The notes beneath the pieces were generated by a model. That model made no database searches, was not told where the DNA came from, and saw only the letters and a list, made by a program, of their open reading frames with translations. Positions 38,151 through 51,589 of a stretch of DNA of 64,000 nt are shown here, piece by piece (within the stretch, counting starts at the first letter, position 1; each line of letters begins with the position of its first letter). The stretch lies in NCBI GenBank assembly GCA_964016885.1, contig OZ024743.1:343604001-343668000 (forward strand), read 5' to 3'. The translations under genes were made by a program, and so were the position numbers. Source of the stretch: Eledone cirrhosa. Taxonomy: Eukaryota.

Positions 38151-39212
38151 ATAATAATGAAATTATTGTGTACAGTGCTCAGGTGTATTACAACTCATCA
38201 AAGGTGCATGTATAGTACATAGAATAATGTGCAAATGTCGGGAAATTGAACAGTGTATGAGTCATGATATACATGTGTGCGTGTGTATGGAGGGGGGATA
38301 TCAGGTGTAGTGTTGGCGAATTTCAGGAAGCATGGAGGTTTTAAAGGATGCAGTGTCTCAGCAACTAATAACTGATGCAGGTAGTTTGTTCCATGCTTCA
38401 GTAACTCTGAGCATGAAAAAATGTCTCCGAAAGTCATGGGAGCTGTGCTGTTTTCTGACTTTGAAGGCATGCCCACGAGTGTTAGACACATGGCAATAAA
38501 AAAGGTGCTCAGGGTTGTTGTTGGTAAGATGGTTAATAATTTTGTGGGTGTTTACCAAGTCAGTTGCCAGATGTTGGAGTTTTAATGTATCCATGCCCAG
38601 GGAAGCAAGGCGTTCAGAGTATGGTAGACTCTTGGTTGCACATCTCTGAACAGTTTCCAGGAGGTCAATGTTCTGAGCAAGATAGGGGTTCCAGACTGGT
38701 GATGCAAATTCTAAGTGTCGCCGCACCATAGCTATATACAGCTTTAAATGAATAGCTGGAGAGCGGCTGGCAAAGGTCTTACTGAGTGATGCTAAGACAC
38801 CTTCGGCCTTCTTGACAATTTTAGAGACGTGCTTCGTCCAACGCAAATCACTGCTGACAGTAATGCCCAGGTCACATTCAAAAGAAGACTTCTTGAAATT
38901 GGTGTTGTGGAGGGAGTATGTGAAAGCTGGGTTTTTCTCCCAAAATACATGGTGGTGCACTTGTCCACAGCCAACTTGAGTTGCCAGTCCATGATCCATT
39001 GTTGCATTGTGTCCAGGCCTGATTGCAGGAAACATCTAGTGTTCATGATCGGTCCTTTTTATCTCAAGGTACAGCTTGATGTCATCTGCATACTTCAGTA
39101 CTGTTGCATTCTTTAAGTTGGCATCTATGTCATTAATATATGCCATAAACAAAAGGGGACCAAGAGCAGATCCCTGTGGTACACCAGATGACATCTCATA
39201 CGGTGAGGAATT
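38151..39212 (-). mobile_element. CR1-clade LINE 3' fragment
   Basis: SGVPQGSALGPLLF, KYADDIKLY, DLGITVSSDLRW, RVTEAWNKLP; frameshifted. Confidence 0.9.
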
Positions 39213-39414
39213 TACTAGGAATGTTTCTTTATTTTTTCTTATGCATGTCTTGATTATATGAGTTGTTGCCATATGGGTAATTATGTCCTTAATATTTGGT
39301 GTGCTACTATAGCTCACTTGTAAGATTTTATCTCTGAACAGTTGTTCAGCACCTTGACTCCTCTGTCTAACCCATGCTGGCATGGAAAAATGGACGTAAA
39401 ACGGTGATGATGTA

Positions 39415-39504
39415 AGGGTGTCCCAAAAAATTTGACATCATTTTAAAAGCAAATATCTCGAAAACTACTAAGTCTAGCTCAATGATGTCAAATTTTTTGG
39501 GACA
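39415..39504. mobile_element. Tc1/mariner-like mini-MITE with truncated right TIR
   Basis: ta|AGGGTGTCCCAAAAAATTTGACATCATT...AATGATGTCAAATTTTTTGGGACA. Confidence 0.7.
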
Positions 39505-39751
39505 TCATCATCATCATCATCATCACTGTTTTACGTCCATTTTTCCACGCTAGCATGGGTTAGACACGTTGTCCTGTTGTAGGCAATGCCAGGTCAGGTG
39601 ACCATCTTTTGCTCATATGGAACTTATTTTGGCTTGATTTCTACAGCTGGATGCCCTTCCTAACACCAACCTCATTTACAGTGAGTGGTGGGTGCTTTTT
39701 TACTGCGGTGCCTACACGACCACTTTACAGTGGAAGTGAGGTAGCGGCATA

Positions 39752-39797
<46 letters not shown>

Positions 39798-40037
39798 GTA
39801 TCTTTATGATCATTGTTATTTAACATTAACTTTTCCATGTGTTTGTGTGTGTGTATATATATAGAATGTGTGTGTGTGTGTGTGCATATTGAACAATAAA
39901 ACTAAAACAAAAGTTAAAGATAAGTTCTTAATTAGTTCATTGTTTTACGATTGTTTTAGTAAGATGATCATGGTAAATCGATATATTGACTAATAGATAG
40001 TGGTTATGTCATCACTTATTTCTAGTTTTGATATCCT
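39503..40037 (-). mobile_element. Chimeric segment: AT-rich head + microsatellites + RTE 3' tail
   Basis: Reverse complement match to 7641-8008; (TGA)n tail at 39503-39525. Confidence 0.8.
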
Positions 40038-40332
40038 AGATCCATCTCACTGTCTTCCTCAGATTGTTCAATGCACACACACACACACATACACACACAC
40101 ACACTCATATATATACATATATATATATGAGGTTATATATATATTGGGTTATGTGACTGTGTCTCGCTCATATAGGACTGCTTCTGGCTGATTTTCTACA
40201 GCTGGATGCCTTTCCTAATGCCAACCACATATAAATGTAAGCACTCATATTCACATATACATACACATGTGAAATTTATCTATATGCAAATATATGTATG
40301 TATCTTTCACTATTTTCTTTTGCCTGCTTCAG

Positions 40333-40883
40333 GTTCCTTTCTGGATATTCATATATGTGGTGCATGTAAGATGCATTTCCACAATGTTGACCTGTTCATT
40401 GAACACAAGCAGCGAAATTGTCCAGTTCTTGCTGAAATGCATTCTGCTGCCTTAGATGCACTCCGAAACCAGGCATCGAAAACTGAGACAGATTCTGATT
40501 CTTCAGGTATCACAACAACATCTCTTTCATTGTCTACAGCAACACTAACTGTGGCTCCAGTGGTTCATTCTTCACCAACATCTATAACTGGTGCCAGTTC
40601 TGATTCATCAAACATTAACACACATTCTGTTGTACTAAATGATAACCAAGGTGATGGTAGAGTTCATGAAAATTCCATTCCTCATACCTTACATTTACAA
40701 GCTGAAACAGTTGATCATCAAACTGATGTGGATCCAACTCTGAGCACTAAACTGGACTTGTCTTTTCTTGATGCTCAACAAGTCATGAATGAGAATTTGA
40801 AGCCCAGAAGAGATATCAGAGATCCTTTCCTCACCTCTACTGCTGCCACTTGTCATTCTGTTCTGGAACATTCATGTGATCAG
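40333..40883 (+). CDS. ZFP64: ZFP64-like coding exon 2, N-terminal C2HC finger
   Basis: ttcag|GT TCC...GAT CAG|gtgagc; DIHICGACKMHFHNVDLFIEHKQRNC resembles the recalled ZFP64 N-terminal motif DIHICGICK. Confidence 0.9.
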
Positions 40884-40997
40884 GTGAGCAATATCCCGTA
40901 ATATTTATTATTAAATTGGTATGCTGTGAGATAACATTGGCAGAGTCATTTAATCATTGGATTAAATGCCTTGCAGTATTTGGTGTAGCCCTTAGCA

Positions 40998-41305
40998 CAG
41001 TGATTCCTAACGTGGGGTACATGTCCTACAGGGGATCAATTTGAATATTTAAAGGAGGCATTTTGAAAATGATGTTAATGAGACCAAACTTCAGGGTTTA
41101 CTTTATTATTTTTACACCAAGCCAACTTTGATAAACATTACTGTTGGAAACTCCTGTCTCACCTCCTCCACACATGTTATTGTGCATCTAGCATCACCTA
41201 TATGCCAATTTGTTTACACATTGCTGTTTTCATATCAAAGGGGGAACATAACAACTTTTGATATGTTGAGGTGGGGCATGGTGCACAAAAGGTTGGGAAC
41301 CAATG
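40998..41305. mobile_element. hAT MITE nested in an old SINE
   Basis: TIR CAGTGATTCCTAAC / GTTGGGAACCAATG; TSD ccttagca/ccataaca; SINE halves on each side. Confidence 0.75.
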
Positions 41306-42163
41306 CCATAACATTTTGAGTTCAAATCCCTCCAAAATAAACTTTGCTTTTCAACCTTTCAGGGCTGATGAAAATACCAATCCAGTGTAGTGGATTAGTG
41401 TAATTGTTAGACCATCAGACAGGATGCCTTGCAGTATATTTTCTGACTCTGTACATTCTGAGTTCAGATCCTGCCTCCGATCACTAGAAAAAGAGTGACA
41501 TGATAGGATTGGGTTATTCTATCTTTAAAACATCCAAGAACCTCCTATGAAATACAATTTCATGGGAGTCTGGCTCAAATCTATGCAGGTATGAGCCATG
41601 ACAAACATTTATTTACCTTATTCTTATTCTTCCATTACTTGATGGAAGCACAAGACCAGTTAGTGTCTACAGATACATGAAATTTCATCTTGTAAATATA
41701 CTCAGTAACTAGAGTGAGAGGGTGAAAGGAGAGAGACAGAGTATGATAGGAGAAACAGTAAGGGTGATAAATTAGGAAAATGGACCTCTATCAGTTTCAA
41801 CAATGCATGTTCCAGTTGTTCAATCAATGAAACAGCTTGCTCATGAAATTAACATGTAAGTGACCAAGCATTCTACAGATCCGTGTACACGTAATGTAAT
41901 TCCCAATGACTGAAACCTGTAAAAGACTAAATGTGTACATATTTAAACTTGTGTTGAGTGAAAAGATATAAATTAAAGGAAAATATATAAGATAATAATT
42001 AACTTAATGCTATTGTTACATATTTATACCATTACAAGGAATATGAAAAAGACATAGTGAGAGAGATGTGTACAGGCTATTTATATTATTAAGGCTGTAA
42101 AGTGTAGAGGATCAACTGAAAATGAAAATAGCATCGCTAACTCCAGAGTTGTACTTGATAATA

Positions 42164-42582
42164 ATTTCTACTGTAGGCACAAGGTCAGCAATTTTTGAGG
42201 GAGGGGAAAGTCAATTAAATTGACCCCAGTGTATTACTAGTGCTTTATTTTATCGGCCTTGTAAGGATGAAAGGCAAAGTTAACCTAAGTAGGATTTGAA
42301 CTCAGAGTGCAAAAGGGCCGTAACTCTATGCTGCAAAGCATGGTGTCTGATGCTCTACCGATACTGACAATCCCCCACCATTTTGTGCTTATAATAATTG
42401 TTTCTACTTTAGGCACAAGGCCAGCAATTACGCAGTGTATTACTGGTTCTTTATTTTATTGACCCCGTAAGGATGAAAGGCAAAGTCAACCTCGGCGGGA
42501 TTTGAACTCAGATCGTAAAGGGACGTAACTATGCTGGAAAGCATGGCGTCCGACCCTCTACCGATACTGCCAATCCACCACC
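42164..42582 (-). mobile_element. Two tandem Nin-like SINEs
   Basis: 42164-42380 and 42397-42582; the younger copy is flanked by duplicated ccattttgtgcttataataat. Confidence 0.88.
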
Positions 42583-42599
42583 ATTTTTGTGCTTATAAT

Positions 42600-44570
42600 A
42601 ATAATAATGAAAATTATTGTGTACAGTGCTCAAGTGCACAACAACTCATCAAAGGTGGTTGTATAGTACATAGAATAATGTACAAAAGTCAGGAAATCAT
42701 GATACACACATGGAGGGGGAATATCAGGTGTAGTGTTCGCAAATTTCGGGAAGCATGGAAGTTTTGAAGGATGCAGTGTCCCAACTGATGCAGGTAGTTT
42801 GTACCATGCTTCAGCAACTCTGAGCATGAAAAAATGTTTCTGAAAGTCATGGGAGCTGTACTGTTTTCTGATTTTATAAGCATGTCCATGGATGTTAGAC
42901 ATATGGAATTCAAAAAGGTGCCCCGAGTTCTTGTTGGAAAGATGTTAATAATTTTGAGGGTGTCTACCAAGTCAGTTGCCAGACATCAGAGCTTTAATGT
43001 ATCCATGCCCAGGGAAGCAAGGTGTTCAGAGTATGGTAGATGCATGCATGGTGGATGGTATTTGTTTGGTTGCACGTCTCTGAACAGTTTCCAGGAGATC
43101 AATATTCTGAACAAGATAGGGGTTCCAGCCTGGTGATGCAAATTCTAAGTGTGGACACACCATAGCTATATACAGCTTTAAATGAATAGCTGGAGAGCGG
43201 CTGACAAATGTTTTACTGAGTGATGCTAAGACGCTCTTGGCCTTCTTGACAATTTTAGAGATGTGCTTTGTCCAATGCAAATCGCTGTTGACAATAATAC
43301 CCGGGTCACGTTCACAAGAAGACTTCTTGAAATTGGTGTTATGGAGGGAGTATGTGAAAGCTGGGTTTTTTTCTTCCAAAATACATGATGGTACACTTGT
43401 CCACAGCTAGCTTGAGTTGCCAGTCCACAATCTATTTCTGCATTGTATCTAGGTCTAATTGGAGGAAAGATCTAGAGTATACAGGATCTGTCTTTTTTAT
43501 CTCAAGGTACAGCTTGAAGTCATCTGCATATTTCAGCACTGTGACATTCTTCAAGTTAGCATCTATGTCATTAATATATGCAACAAACAAAAGGGGACCA
43601 AGAACAGATCCCTGTGGTACACCAGATGTCATCTCATAGGGTGAAGAATGCTGTCTTAGAACTGTGACTACCTCTTTTCAACTGAGACTGAAGGACTTCA
43701 ACTAGTTATAAAGATCATCTCTTACATCCTTTCAGAGAGTTTTGCCATAAGTCTTTTGTGTGGCACAGAATTAAAAGCTTTAGTCAAAATAAATAACATT
43801 CACCCTTGAGCTGCCATCAGTGATTTGGGTAATGTCGTCAAGAAACTCAATGAGTTGACCACAGGAGCTGGAGTTAGGGATAAATCCAAATTGCAAAGGC
43901 TGGTTAAGGCTGTGAGAGTTCCAGAGTGTTTCTTTGACACAGGACTACATGAGTTTAGCCACCTGCTTGAGATGGTTAGAAGATCTATTGTGCCTTTTTC
44001 TATTAACCTCTGACCTATGTAGTCTGTATTGTCATTCAGCATCACAACATTCTTTCCTGGCAAGTCGGACTGCTGCAATCTCCCAAATTGCACTTTTGGG
44101 ATTATTTTTGTACTTACGTGGTACTGATGCTACACATGCTGTCTATATCGAGTGAAGGATGTTCTCAAGTATAGTATTCACTTCACCAGAGTCAAAAAGC
44201 TGAGTGTCTTGATGGTAATTTGGGGGTGGGGGGTGGTAAACAACTCCAAGTAGAAGTGTTGACATGGTCATACATATATCGCAGAAAATACTTCCTGTTG
44301 TGATTGATTCAAATCATCGCAAGGAATTATTGAAAAGTTTGAATGAACATAGACCATCACACTTACGATGATATATAGGCGATGGCAGGTTGTTCTTGTT
44401 TAGTTTCCCAGAGTTTTATTCATTGCCAGCTATTGTGGGTACACTATGCTCAGACCAGCTGGTATCCCTTTCCCATGTCTCACCAGACTTAACAAATTTC
44501 CATATCTGCCATTTGTCGCATAGGCTAAAACTTTCATGTGGTGCTGAGTTGCGATGAAAGGAAGCTACAG
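42600..44570 (-). mobile_element. CR1-clade LINE, degraded, same family as 38151-39212
   Basis: GVPQGSVLGPLLF, YADD, upstream QFGFIPNSSSCGQLIEFLDDIT; 5' limit approximate. Confidence 0.85.
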
Positions 44571-44704
44571 CACGTAGCTTTCGGCATACATCAGGTGGTA
44601 AGCCAGGACGAATTCGAAAGGTAATTCGATTTTCATGCCTAGCCTTATCAGAGGCTTAATGGTATGCACCTGCCTCAGTAGAGCTTGTGAATGACAAAAA
44701 ATAT

Positions 44705-44777
44705 TGGTATACCGGGGATTGAACCCGCTACCTTTTACTTGCGAAGCGAACGCTTTTTCCACCAACCTACCTGATTT
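44705..44777 (-). pseudogene. tRNA-Ala(CGC)-like degenerate sequence
   Basis: GCGTTCGCTTCGCAAGTAAAAGGTAGCGGGTTCAATCCCCGGTATACCA followed by a T run; acceptor stem and D arm do not pair. Confidence 0.5.
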
Positions 44778-45708
44778 GATCTGAGACCGTGTTTGAAACT
44801 AAAACAATTATTGTGTGGAAAAGTCATTTTATCCTTAAAAACGCACCAGCAGTGTAACTGTTTAATGACCAGGTCGCAGACAGTGCACGAACATGTTGAC
44901 ACCAGAAAATACATGATAAATACAAAGTAAAGTTAACTGTGTTCGCGTGTTTTTAAATGACTAAAATGACTTATACGCAATTATTTATTCCCAACTCCAA
45001 TTTCTCAGAAATATATAGAAAAAAAAGTGAAATAAGTGTAAGGGAGGCAACTACGGTTTAAAACTACAAAAGTATTTTCCCTTGACTGCACTTAAGGTTT
45101 CATTTATATATTTTTGCCTGTCACTGAGTCTATAGGTGACGAACATCGCAACGATCACGCACACACAAACACAAACACAAACCGTAATATACAAATAACT
45201 TGTACACGGTCACTCGATCTTATTGTAATCGATGAATAAAGCCTCATTACATCATTTTCTACTAGTGTATAATCTAAATACCGACATTTACTAATTAAAG
45301 AGGTGTCCTCTTAAAAATTGTAACTAAACCTCCCTCAAATTACCTCCTACCATCTTACAAAAAGGAAAGATACATTAGATCAGAGCTTTCCAAACTTTTC
45401 ACAGTAAAAGTGCAGTGAGAGTATAAAATAAACAGCTATGGTGGTAGAAAAGAAGAATGGATCCCCGTAAGTATGTAAAAAAAGACATATTGAGAGAGAT
45501 GTGCACAAGTTATTTGTGCTATTAAGGCTGTTAAGTGTAGTATTGTCACACTTTTTAAAAATATGTTCGTTTTCTCTCTATACTTAAATTTTGTTAGCAG
45601 ATGAAATTAATGAAACAAATAAATAAATACATATCTTATCACATGTCTCCAGGGCCTTCACAAGCAGATATTTTACAAGGCTGAACACCTTAACCACTAT
45701 GCTATATG

Positions 45709-45739
<31 letters not shown>

Positions 45740-46556
45740 CAGTATTTAATATAGAAATGGCTTCTACAGGACTAGAACTGTTTCATTCGAAGTAAATCAT
45801 CCTTTGAATGAAACAGTTCTAGTTTTGTAGAAGCCATTTCTATATTAAATTTAATGTTTAAACTCTACTAATGTATTGAACACCTTACTTACTGTGGTTA
45901 CTCCGATTGAACCTGGGACTCAAACTCATATATATATTTATATATTCATTTATGTTTTGTGGTTCATCACTGGATAGAACTGGTCATTCTGTTTAATTAA
46001 CATGATGTAATAGTAGGTAAAGCACTCTACGTTATGCAACTCACCCATCATTGATGTAGAATCTCATGGATGGTGCAGGAACTGAGTTAAATACTAATTT
46101 GATTAAAATAACAGGAGGTCGGACTGGTGATGTTCCTTTAAAGTTTTATTGTTGCAGAAACACTATATATATATATTTTAATGGCCTGGTTGCATAAGAC
46201 CCTGGCGACATCATCAGGTCTGGATTGCATAATTAGTTAATCAATAAAGGAATTACAGCAAACACAAACAGAGAACAGAAAATATAGAAAATATTTGATT
46301 TGGAGATGGCCTGCGAAATTGTTGCTGTGGACCTTTTCCAAATAAAAAGTTTGTCAATGCAAGGCATTGTGGGTTTGGTAGGCACAAACAAGATGGGTGG
46401 TGTCAACATATATCCTACTGTTATAGATACTGCTATGCTGCTAATGATAGCCACCCGGACCACAGCAGTAGAGGTAAGGGGCAATGCATTCTGTATGAAT
46501 ACATACTGGCAAAAACCTGCTAAGTGTGATGGTAGAGAAGATTGGGGGGGGGGGAG

Positions 46557-46596
<40 letters not shown>

Positions 46597-46722
46597 ATAA
46601 TAATGAAATTATTGTGTAAAGTGCTCAGGTGCACTACAACTCGTCATAGAGAGAGAGAGAGAGGGAGAGAGAGAGGAAGTGATGGTTTAACAGTCATTAC
46701 TGACAACAATTGTATTTTGTAG

Positions 46723-47650
46723 ACTAGCAGTCCTGTCATTGATGACACAACAGATCTATCGGAATTATCAAGTGAACAAAAGAATACTTATATTACCAAA
46801 ATGGAACAAAACTCAACACAAGTATGTGTCGCCGTGACAACAGAACAATTAGTTCAGAGCTTAGGATTAAGCAGCAATCTCTCCTCTTCATCCATTGTGG
46901 CTCCATCATCTAATGTCAACAACCAGGTTCTGGTAAAAAGTGTCCAAGAACAACTCCAAGCAGATGCAACATCTTCAAGAGATGTAGCAGTTGGACAGCA
47001 GTTCTTCACTGAACAAATCATCACAGATTCACTGGAGAATTTGGCACCAATCAGCTCTGCTGTATTGCCTAGCAACCAGCAGGCTCTCCCACAGAACTTT
47101 ACTTTACTCTCCTGTGATAACCAACAGTCCTACAACAACAATAACAACATCATTACCACTGCCATTGCCAACACTAACACCACTACCATCACAAACACCA
47201 TTACCACTCCGATCCCCACCAACAATAACACCATTCCAATCACTACCACCAATAACATCTCGTCTTCATGTGCATCATCTATGCTATCAAAGAACACACC
47301 ACAGATTGGTAGTTACCAGCTTCGGATGCTAAGCAGTTCTGAACCAGGTTCTGTTGGCAGTTATATGGCTATTGTTCAGGAATTTGACGATTCTGTGGTG
47401 CATACTAATTCCCCTTTATCTGAGTGCCAATCTCTAGAAACTTCTTCTTCTTCACAACAGCAACAACTGCAGTCTCAACCACAACAAGTGTCTCACACCA
47501 ACCAACACAATATTGTTGTTAGTAACAGTCCTAACAATGTAAGAACTGTTGAGAATAACCCAGTCTTTCATTCACAGCCTAGTTGTCTAATACCTGTGTT
47601 ACCAGCAAGTACTGGAACCACTGCCTCTAAAACAACACCAACAAAGCAAG
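46723..47650 (+). CDS. ZFP64: ZFP64-like coding exon 3, S/T/Q/N-rich low complexity
   Basis: ttgtag|ACT AGC...AAG CAA G|gtatgt; 928 nt open, phases fit both neighbours. Confidence 0.85.
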
Positions 47651-47740
47651 GTATGTATTAGATATGTTTTTCTTTTCTTTCTATGAAATCAATTTTCTAC
47701 TTCTATAGAAGTATAAAAAGAATTCTTGTTAGTATTCTAA

Positions 47741-47963
47741 CCTTTTAGCATTTACATTACTCTATATTTTCTATTATATTTTCACTGTAAAGGCTTTATC
47801 TCACATAATTATCTCACATAATATCGAATCTATGAGATTTTGATATTTATTTCGAGAACAATACCTTAACATTAGTATGAGCATCAGTATGAGTGGCCAG
47901 TTATGGCCGGTTTGAACAGAAAGAGGAGAGAGAATTTTGGCCGAATACAGCTAGTTTAAATGT
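47741..47963 (+). mobile_element. piggyBac-like MITE, right TIR decayed
   Basis: Internal identity to 48532-48733. Confidence 0.8.
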
Positions 47964-48531
47964 TGATGAACTTTCTAGGTGTAGAAAAATGGTCAACTCT
48001 GACCAAAGAGGCATTACCAATATTTTTAGATTTATAAATTCTATATGTATGAAATAGTTTTGGAACATCAGTTTGCAATTCAGTGGATGAATTGAGTATC
48101 GCTGAGAGAGAGGACGGCTACAATGAATTGCAGAGGATAATGGGAATAGAACCAGTGATGAATGTTGTGAAGAGAAATAGAATGAGATGGTAAGGAAGGA
48201 TAAAAGTTACTGGGTGCGATGAGAGATAGAAATGTTGTTGTGTAGTTAGCAATTATGTCAAGTAGGTTTAAAATGCAATGTGGCCCAAAATCTGTTGCAG
48301 GTTTTTTTTCTGCTTCAAAGAATCTTCACACTTTAGGTAAGCTAATTAATGTTTGAGCATGTGACTCTGGTCACAAAAGTCCATGAAAATTAATAAGTTA
48401 ACCTTTTTGCTGCAATATTTCTAATGAAAGACACTGCCTATTATTTTCAATGAATTTTGAAAATAATGAATTTTGTGAGATTTAGTAAAATAATTCATGT
48501 TTTCATTTTAAAATTGTGATGGAAGGTTTAA

Positions 48532-48733
48532 CCCTTTAGCATTTACATTACTCTATATTTACTATTGTATTTTTGTGGTAAAGGCTTTATCTTACATAAT
48601 TATCCCACATATTATTGAATCTATGAGATGTTGATTTATTTTGAGAACAATACCTTAACATCAGTATGAGCGGCCAGTTACAGACGGTTTGAGAGTATTC
48701 TGGCCAGATATGGCCTGTTTAAATGCTAAAGGG
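48532..48733 (+). mobile_element. piggyBac-like MITE with TTAA TSD
   Basis: ttaa|CCCTTTAGCATTTA...TAAATGCTAAAGGG|ttaa. Confidence 0.92.
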
Positions 48734-50190
48734 TTAAAGGTAAATATGAACACTTTTAAAACAAATGGCTTTGTATCATAGAGCATTATTGATGATTCCT
48801 ATCTCTCAATGGACTTACGGCAAATTATTGATTGATAACTCTTGTCTCTCAGAAAATCACTTATTAATCACTTCTGTTCTTGAAGGAATCAATTAATGAA
48901 GGATTATTCTATTAAGTCTAAATTGTGGAAAACAAAATATTTTGTAGTTGCCTATTTTCATTAATCAACTAATTACTACCAATATTTTCCTCTATTACCC
49001 CACCTGTTGTTTCACCTGTTGTCTCTACCTACCAATACCACCACCATCATCATCATTGCTGCCACCAAAACCACCACAGACACCAATGGCGACTATCAGC
49101 ACCATAAGATGATGATGACGATAACCACAACTATAACCACCTCCACCACACCACAACTTTTAATCATTACCTCCATCAACCAACACAACCACCATCACAC
49201 TTTACATCTCTTGCCATTGCCTAACACATCACCTCCACCTTCCAATTCCTTTACTGTTACTTGCCACAATTGGTACCCTTCACCTGTTCCACCCATTATA
49301 AAGCTTTCTAATTCTCTCTTCCCTCCATCACATATCCTTAATTATGAGTCTGTAGCAAGCTACTTTCCTTTGGCGCATTGATACCCTTTCCGTATGTTGT
49401 TTGGTTGAGTTGAGCCAATCGCTATCAGCGTAGGGATATGTATTGTCAACTTCTGCCCAAACCGAGATATTCTTGCTTTTTTTAATAAACTAACTCTCTT
49501 GCAGCTTGAACTTGCTACAGTAAACAACCATTTTGCTTTCGCTCTGCAAACATCATTCCAATATGTAACCAACACCACGGCCTGGCTTCTCACTTCAGCC
49601 ACTGGACCGTGTCTTCTCTTACAGATCTAATTTGTTTGTTCATTTCTTTTGGCATGCCAACCAAACTTAATACAGCTCTTCTCACCTTAAACATTGTTAA
49701 TAAATTTTGTTAGAACGAACTACAAATTGTCGTCAACATTATTTTATCTTACTTCTAAACTGGTTACTATTACATGCTGCTATACTGATGACATAATACA
49801 TCATCATCTTATGTTATAAACTGCTTCACTGGTGACTTCTGTTGATACACAATACACAAATACAAATATTATCGTTCTCATTTATATCTTATTAAATACT
49901 ATCTTCAAGTCCATAGCCCTCGGTAGAGGTGTAAATGTGTTTGTGTGTATATGTGTGACATGGTATGGCAAAATAGTTAAGTAGTTCACTTCACAATTAT
50001 TAATTTCCAATTTCGGTCCCACTATGTGGCATCTTGGGCAAGTGTTATTTATCATAGCCTTGGGTCGATCCATGCCATGTGAGTGAAGTTGGGCAGATAG
50101 AAGCTGTTTGGAAGCTCATTAATTGGACTGTACTAGTAATTCAAAGGATCTGCTATGTGTCATGCTGAATCTCCTTGAAAATTTCTTTAA

Positions 50191-50398
50191 CCCTTTAGCA
50201 TTTAAACCGGCCATATCTGGCCAGAATGCTCTCACCTCTTTCTGTTCAAACCAGCCATAACAGGTTGTTCATACTTATGTTAAGGTATTGTTCTCAAAAT
50301 GAATAATATCAACATCTCATAGATTCGATATTATGTGAGATAAAGCCTTTACCTTGAAAATGCAATATTATATATAGAGTAATGTAAATGCTAAAGGG
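50191..50398 (-). mobile_element. piggyBac-like MITE with TTAA TSD, opposite orientation
   Basis: Same TIRs and TSD; interior is the reverse complement of 48532-48733. Confidence 0.92.
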
Positions 50399-50620
50399 TT
50401 AAGGGTACACATGACTGTGGAATGCTCAGCCACTTACATGTTAATTTCATAAGCTAGCTATTTCATTGATCAAACAACTGGAACACTCATCATTAAACCT
50501 GCTGGAGGTCCATTACATACATTACATGTATGAGTGTGTCTGTAAGACACCTTCCTGTATCAGACAGTCTCTCATTTTCTCTCTCTCTTCTACTCTTTGT
50601 CTCTCTCCACTTTTTTGCAG

Positions 50621-50872
50621 CCACCCAGATGTCTAGTGGAGCTAAAACAGCTGTCAAAGTCAGACCAACGCTCAACAAGAAATTCAAGTGTACTTTTGAA
50701 GTATGTGAGTTTCAGACAGCATATATGAAGGACCTTGACCGACACACGCGTACACACACTGGTGAGAGACCCTTTCAGTGTACGGAGTGCCTGAAATCCT
50801 TTAACCGCAGTGATAAGTTGAAGATCCATCTGAGGGGTCACACTGGCAATAAACCTTATCAATGTGAAATGT
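50621..50872 (+). CDS. ZFP64: ZFP64-like coding exon 4, C2H2 fingers
   Basis: ttgcag|CC ACC...GAA ATG T|gtatgt; [24 protein letters not shown]...[14 protein letters not shown]. Confidence 0.93.
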
Positions 50873-51397
50873 GTATGTATACGTGTTTATATTTATTTAC
50901 TGGTTTTAATCGTTAGACTGTGGCCATAGTAGGGCACTGTCTTAAACAGATTCAATTGATCATATCAACATCAGTGTTTACTTTATTTCAAGTCTTGTTT
51001 GTTCCGTCTCTTTGCACTTTGAGTTCAAATTTCATTGTGGCCCATTTGGGTTGTAGACTTTATTACTCACTAAAATGTTCTTGGGTGACTTTAGCTGAGC
51101 TTACTCAGGCCAAGTCTCTAGTTCAAAGATAGCTTCCTCCTTTCTACCAGTTGCAGAAGCTCAGAAAAAAAACAGTAACAACTTAGGTGGGATAGAATTC
51201 AAAAGGCACCAACATAAGACTCAAACTCAAGACTTCTGAACTCAGAGTCCAATATCCTTTTGTTACTAGGTGCCTAGAGATACTCTATGGCAATATTAAA
51301 TGAGACAACTTGTCAAGCCAAAAGCCAAACCCCTATCCTTTCAGCCATTTATATCCCTCCATCTAACAGTAATGTAACATATTATTTCCTACTTCAG

Positions 51398-51470
51398 GTT
51401 CATATTCCTCAGCTGATAGCAGCAGTTTGAAAAAACATCTCCGGATTCACACAAATGAAAGGCCATTCAA
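51398..51470 (+). CDS. ZFP64: ZFP64-like coding exon 5 (not in the ORF track)
   Basis: ttcag|GT TCA TAT...TTC AA|gtgagt; (C)SYSSADSSSLKKHLRIHTNERPFK completes finger 3. Confidence 0.93.
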
Positions 51471-51589
51471 GTGAGTTTATGTCAGCATCTGCTATTTCTG
51501 CCTCTATTCTGTAATATGGGTCACTTGTTAAAGCATTAATAAATTCAGTGGTAAAAGAAATGGTAAAAGTATTGGTAAAAGGAATATTA

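Noticed and set aside
44705-44777. Functional tRNA-Ala gene
   Set aside because: Acceptor stem and D arm cannot pair.
49007-49381. Thr/His-rich ORF as an extra ZFP64 exon
   Set aside because: Decayed (CAC/CAT)n sequence; exons 3 and 4 already join in phase.
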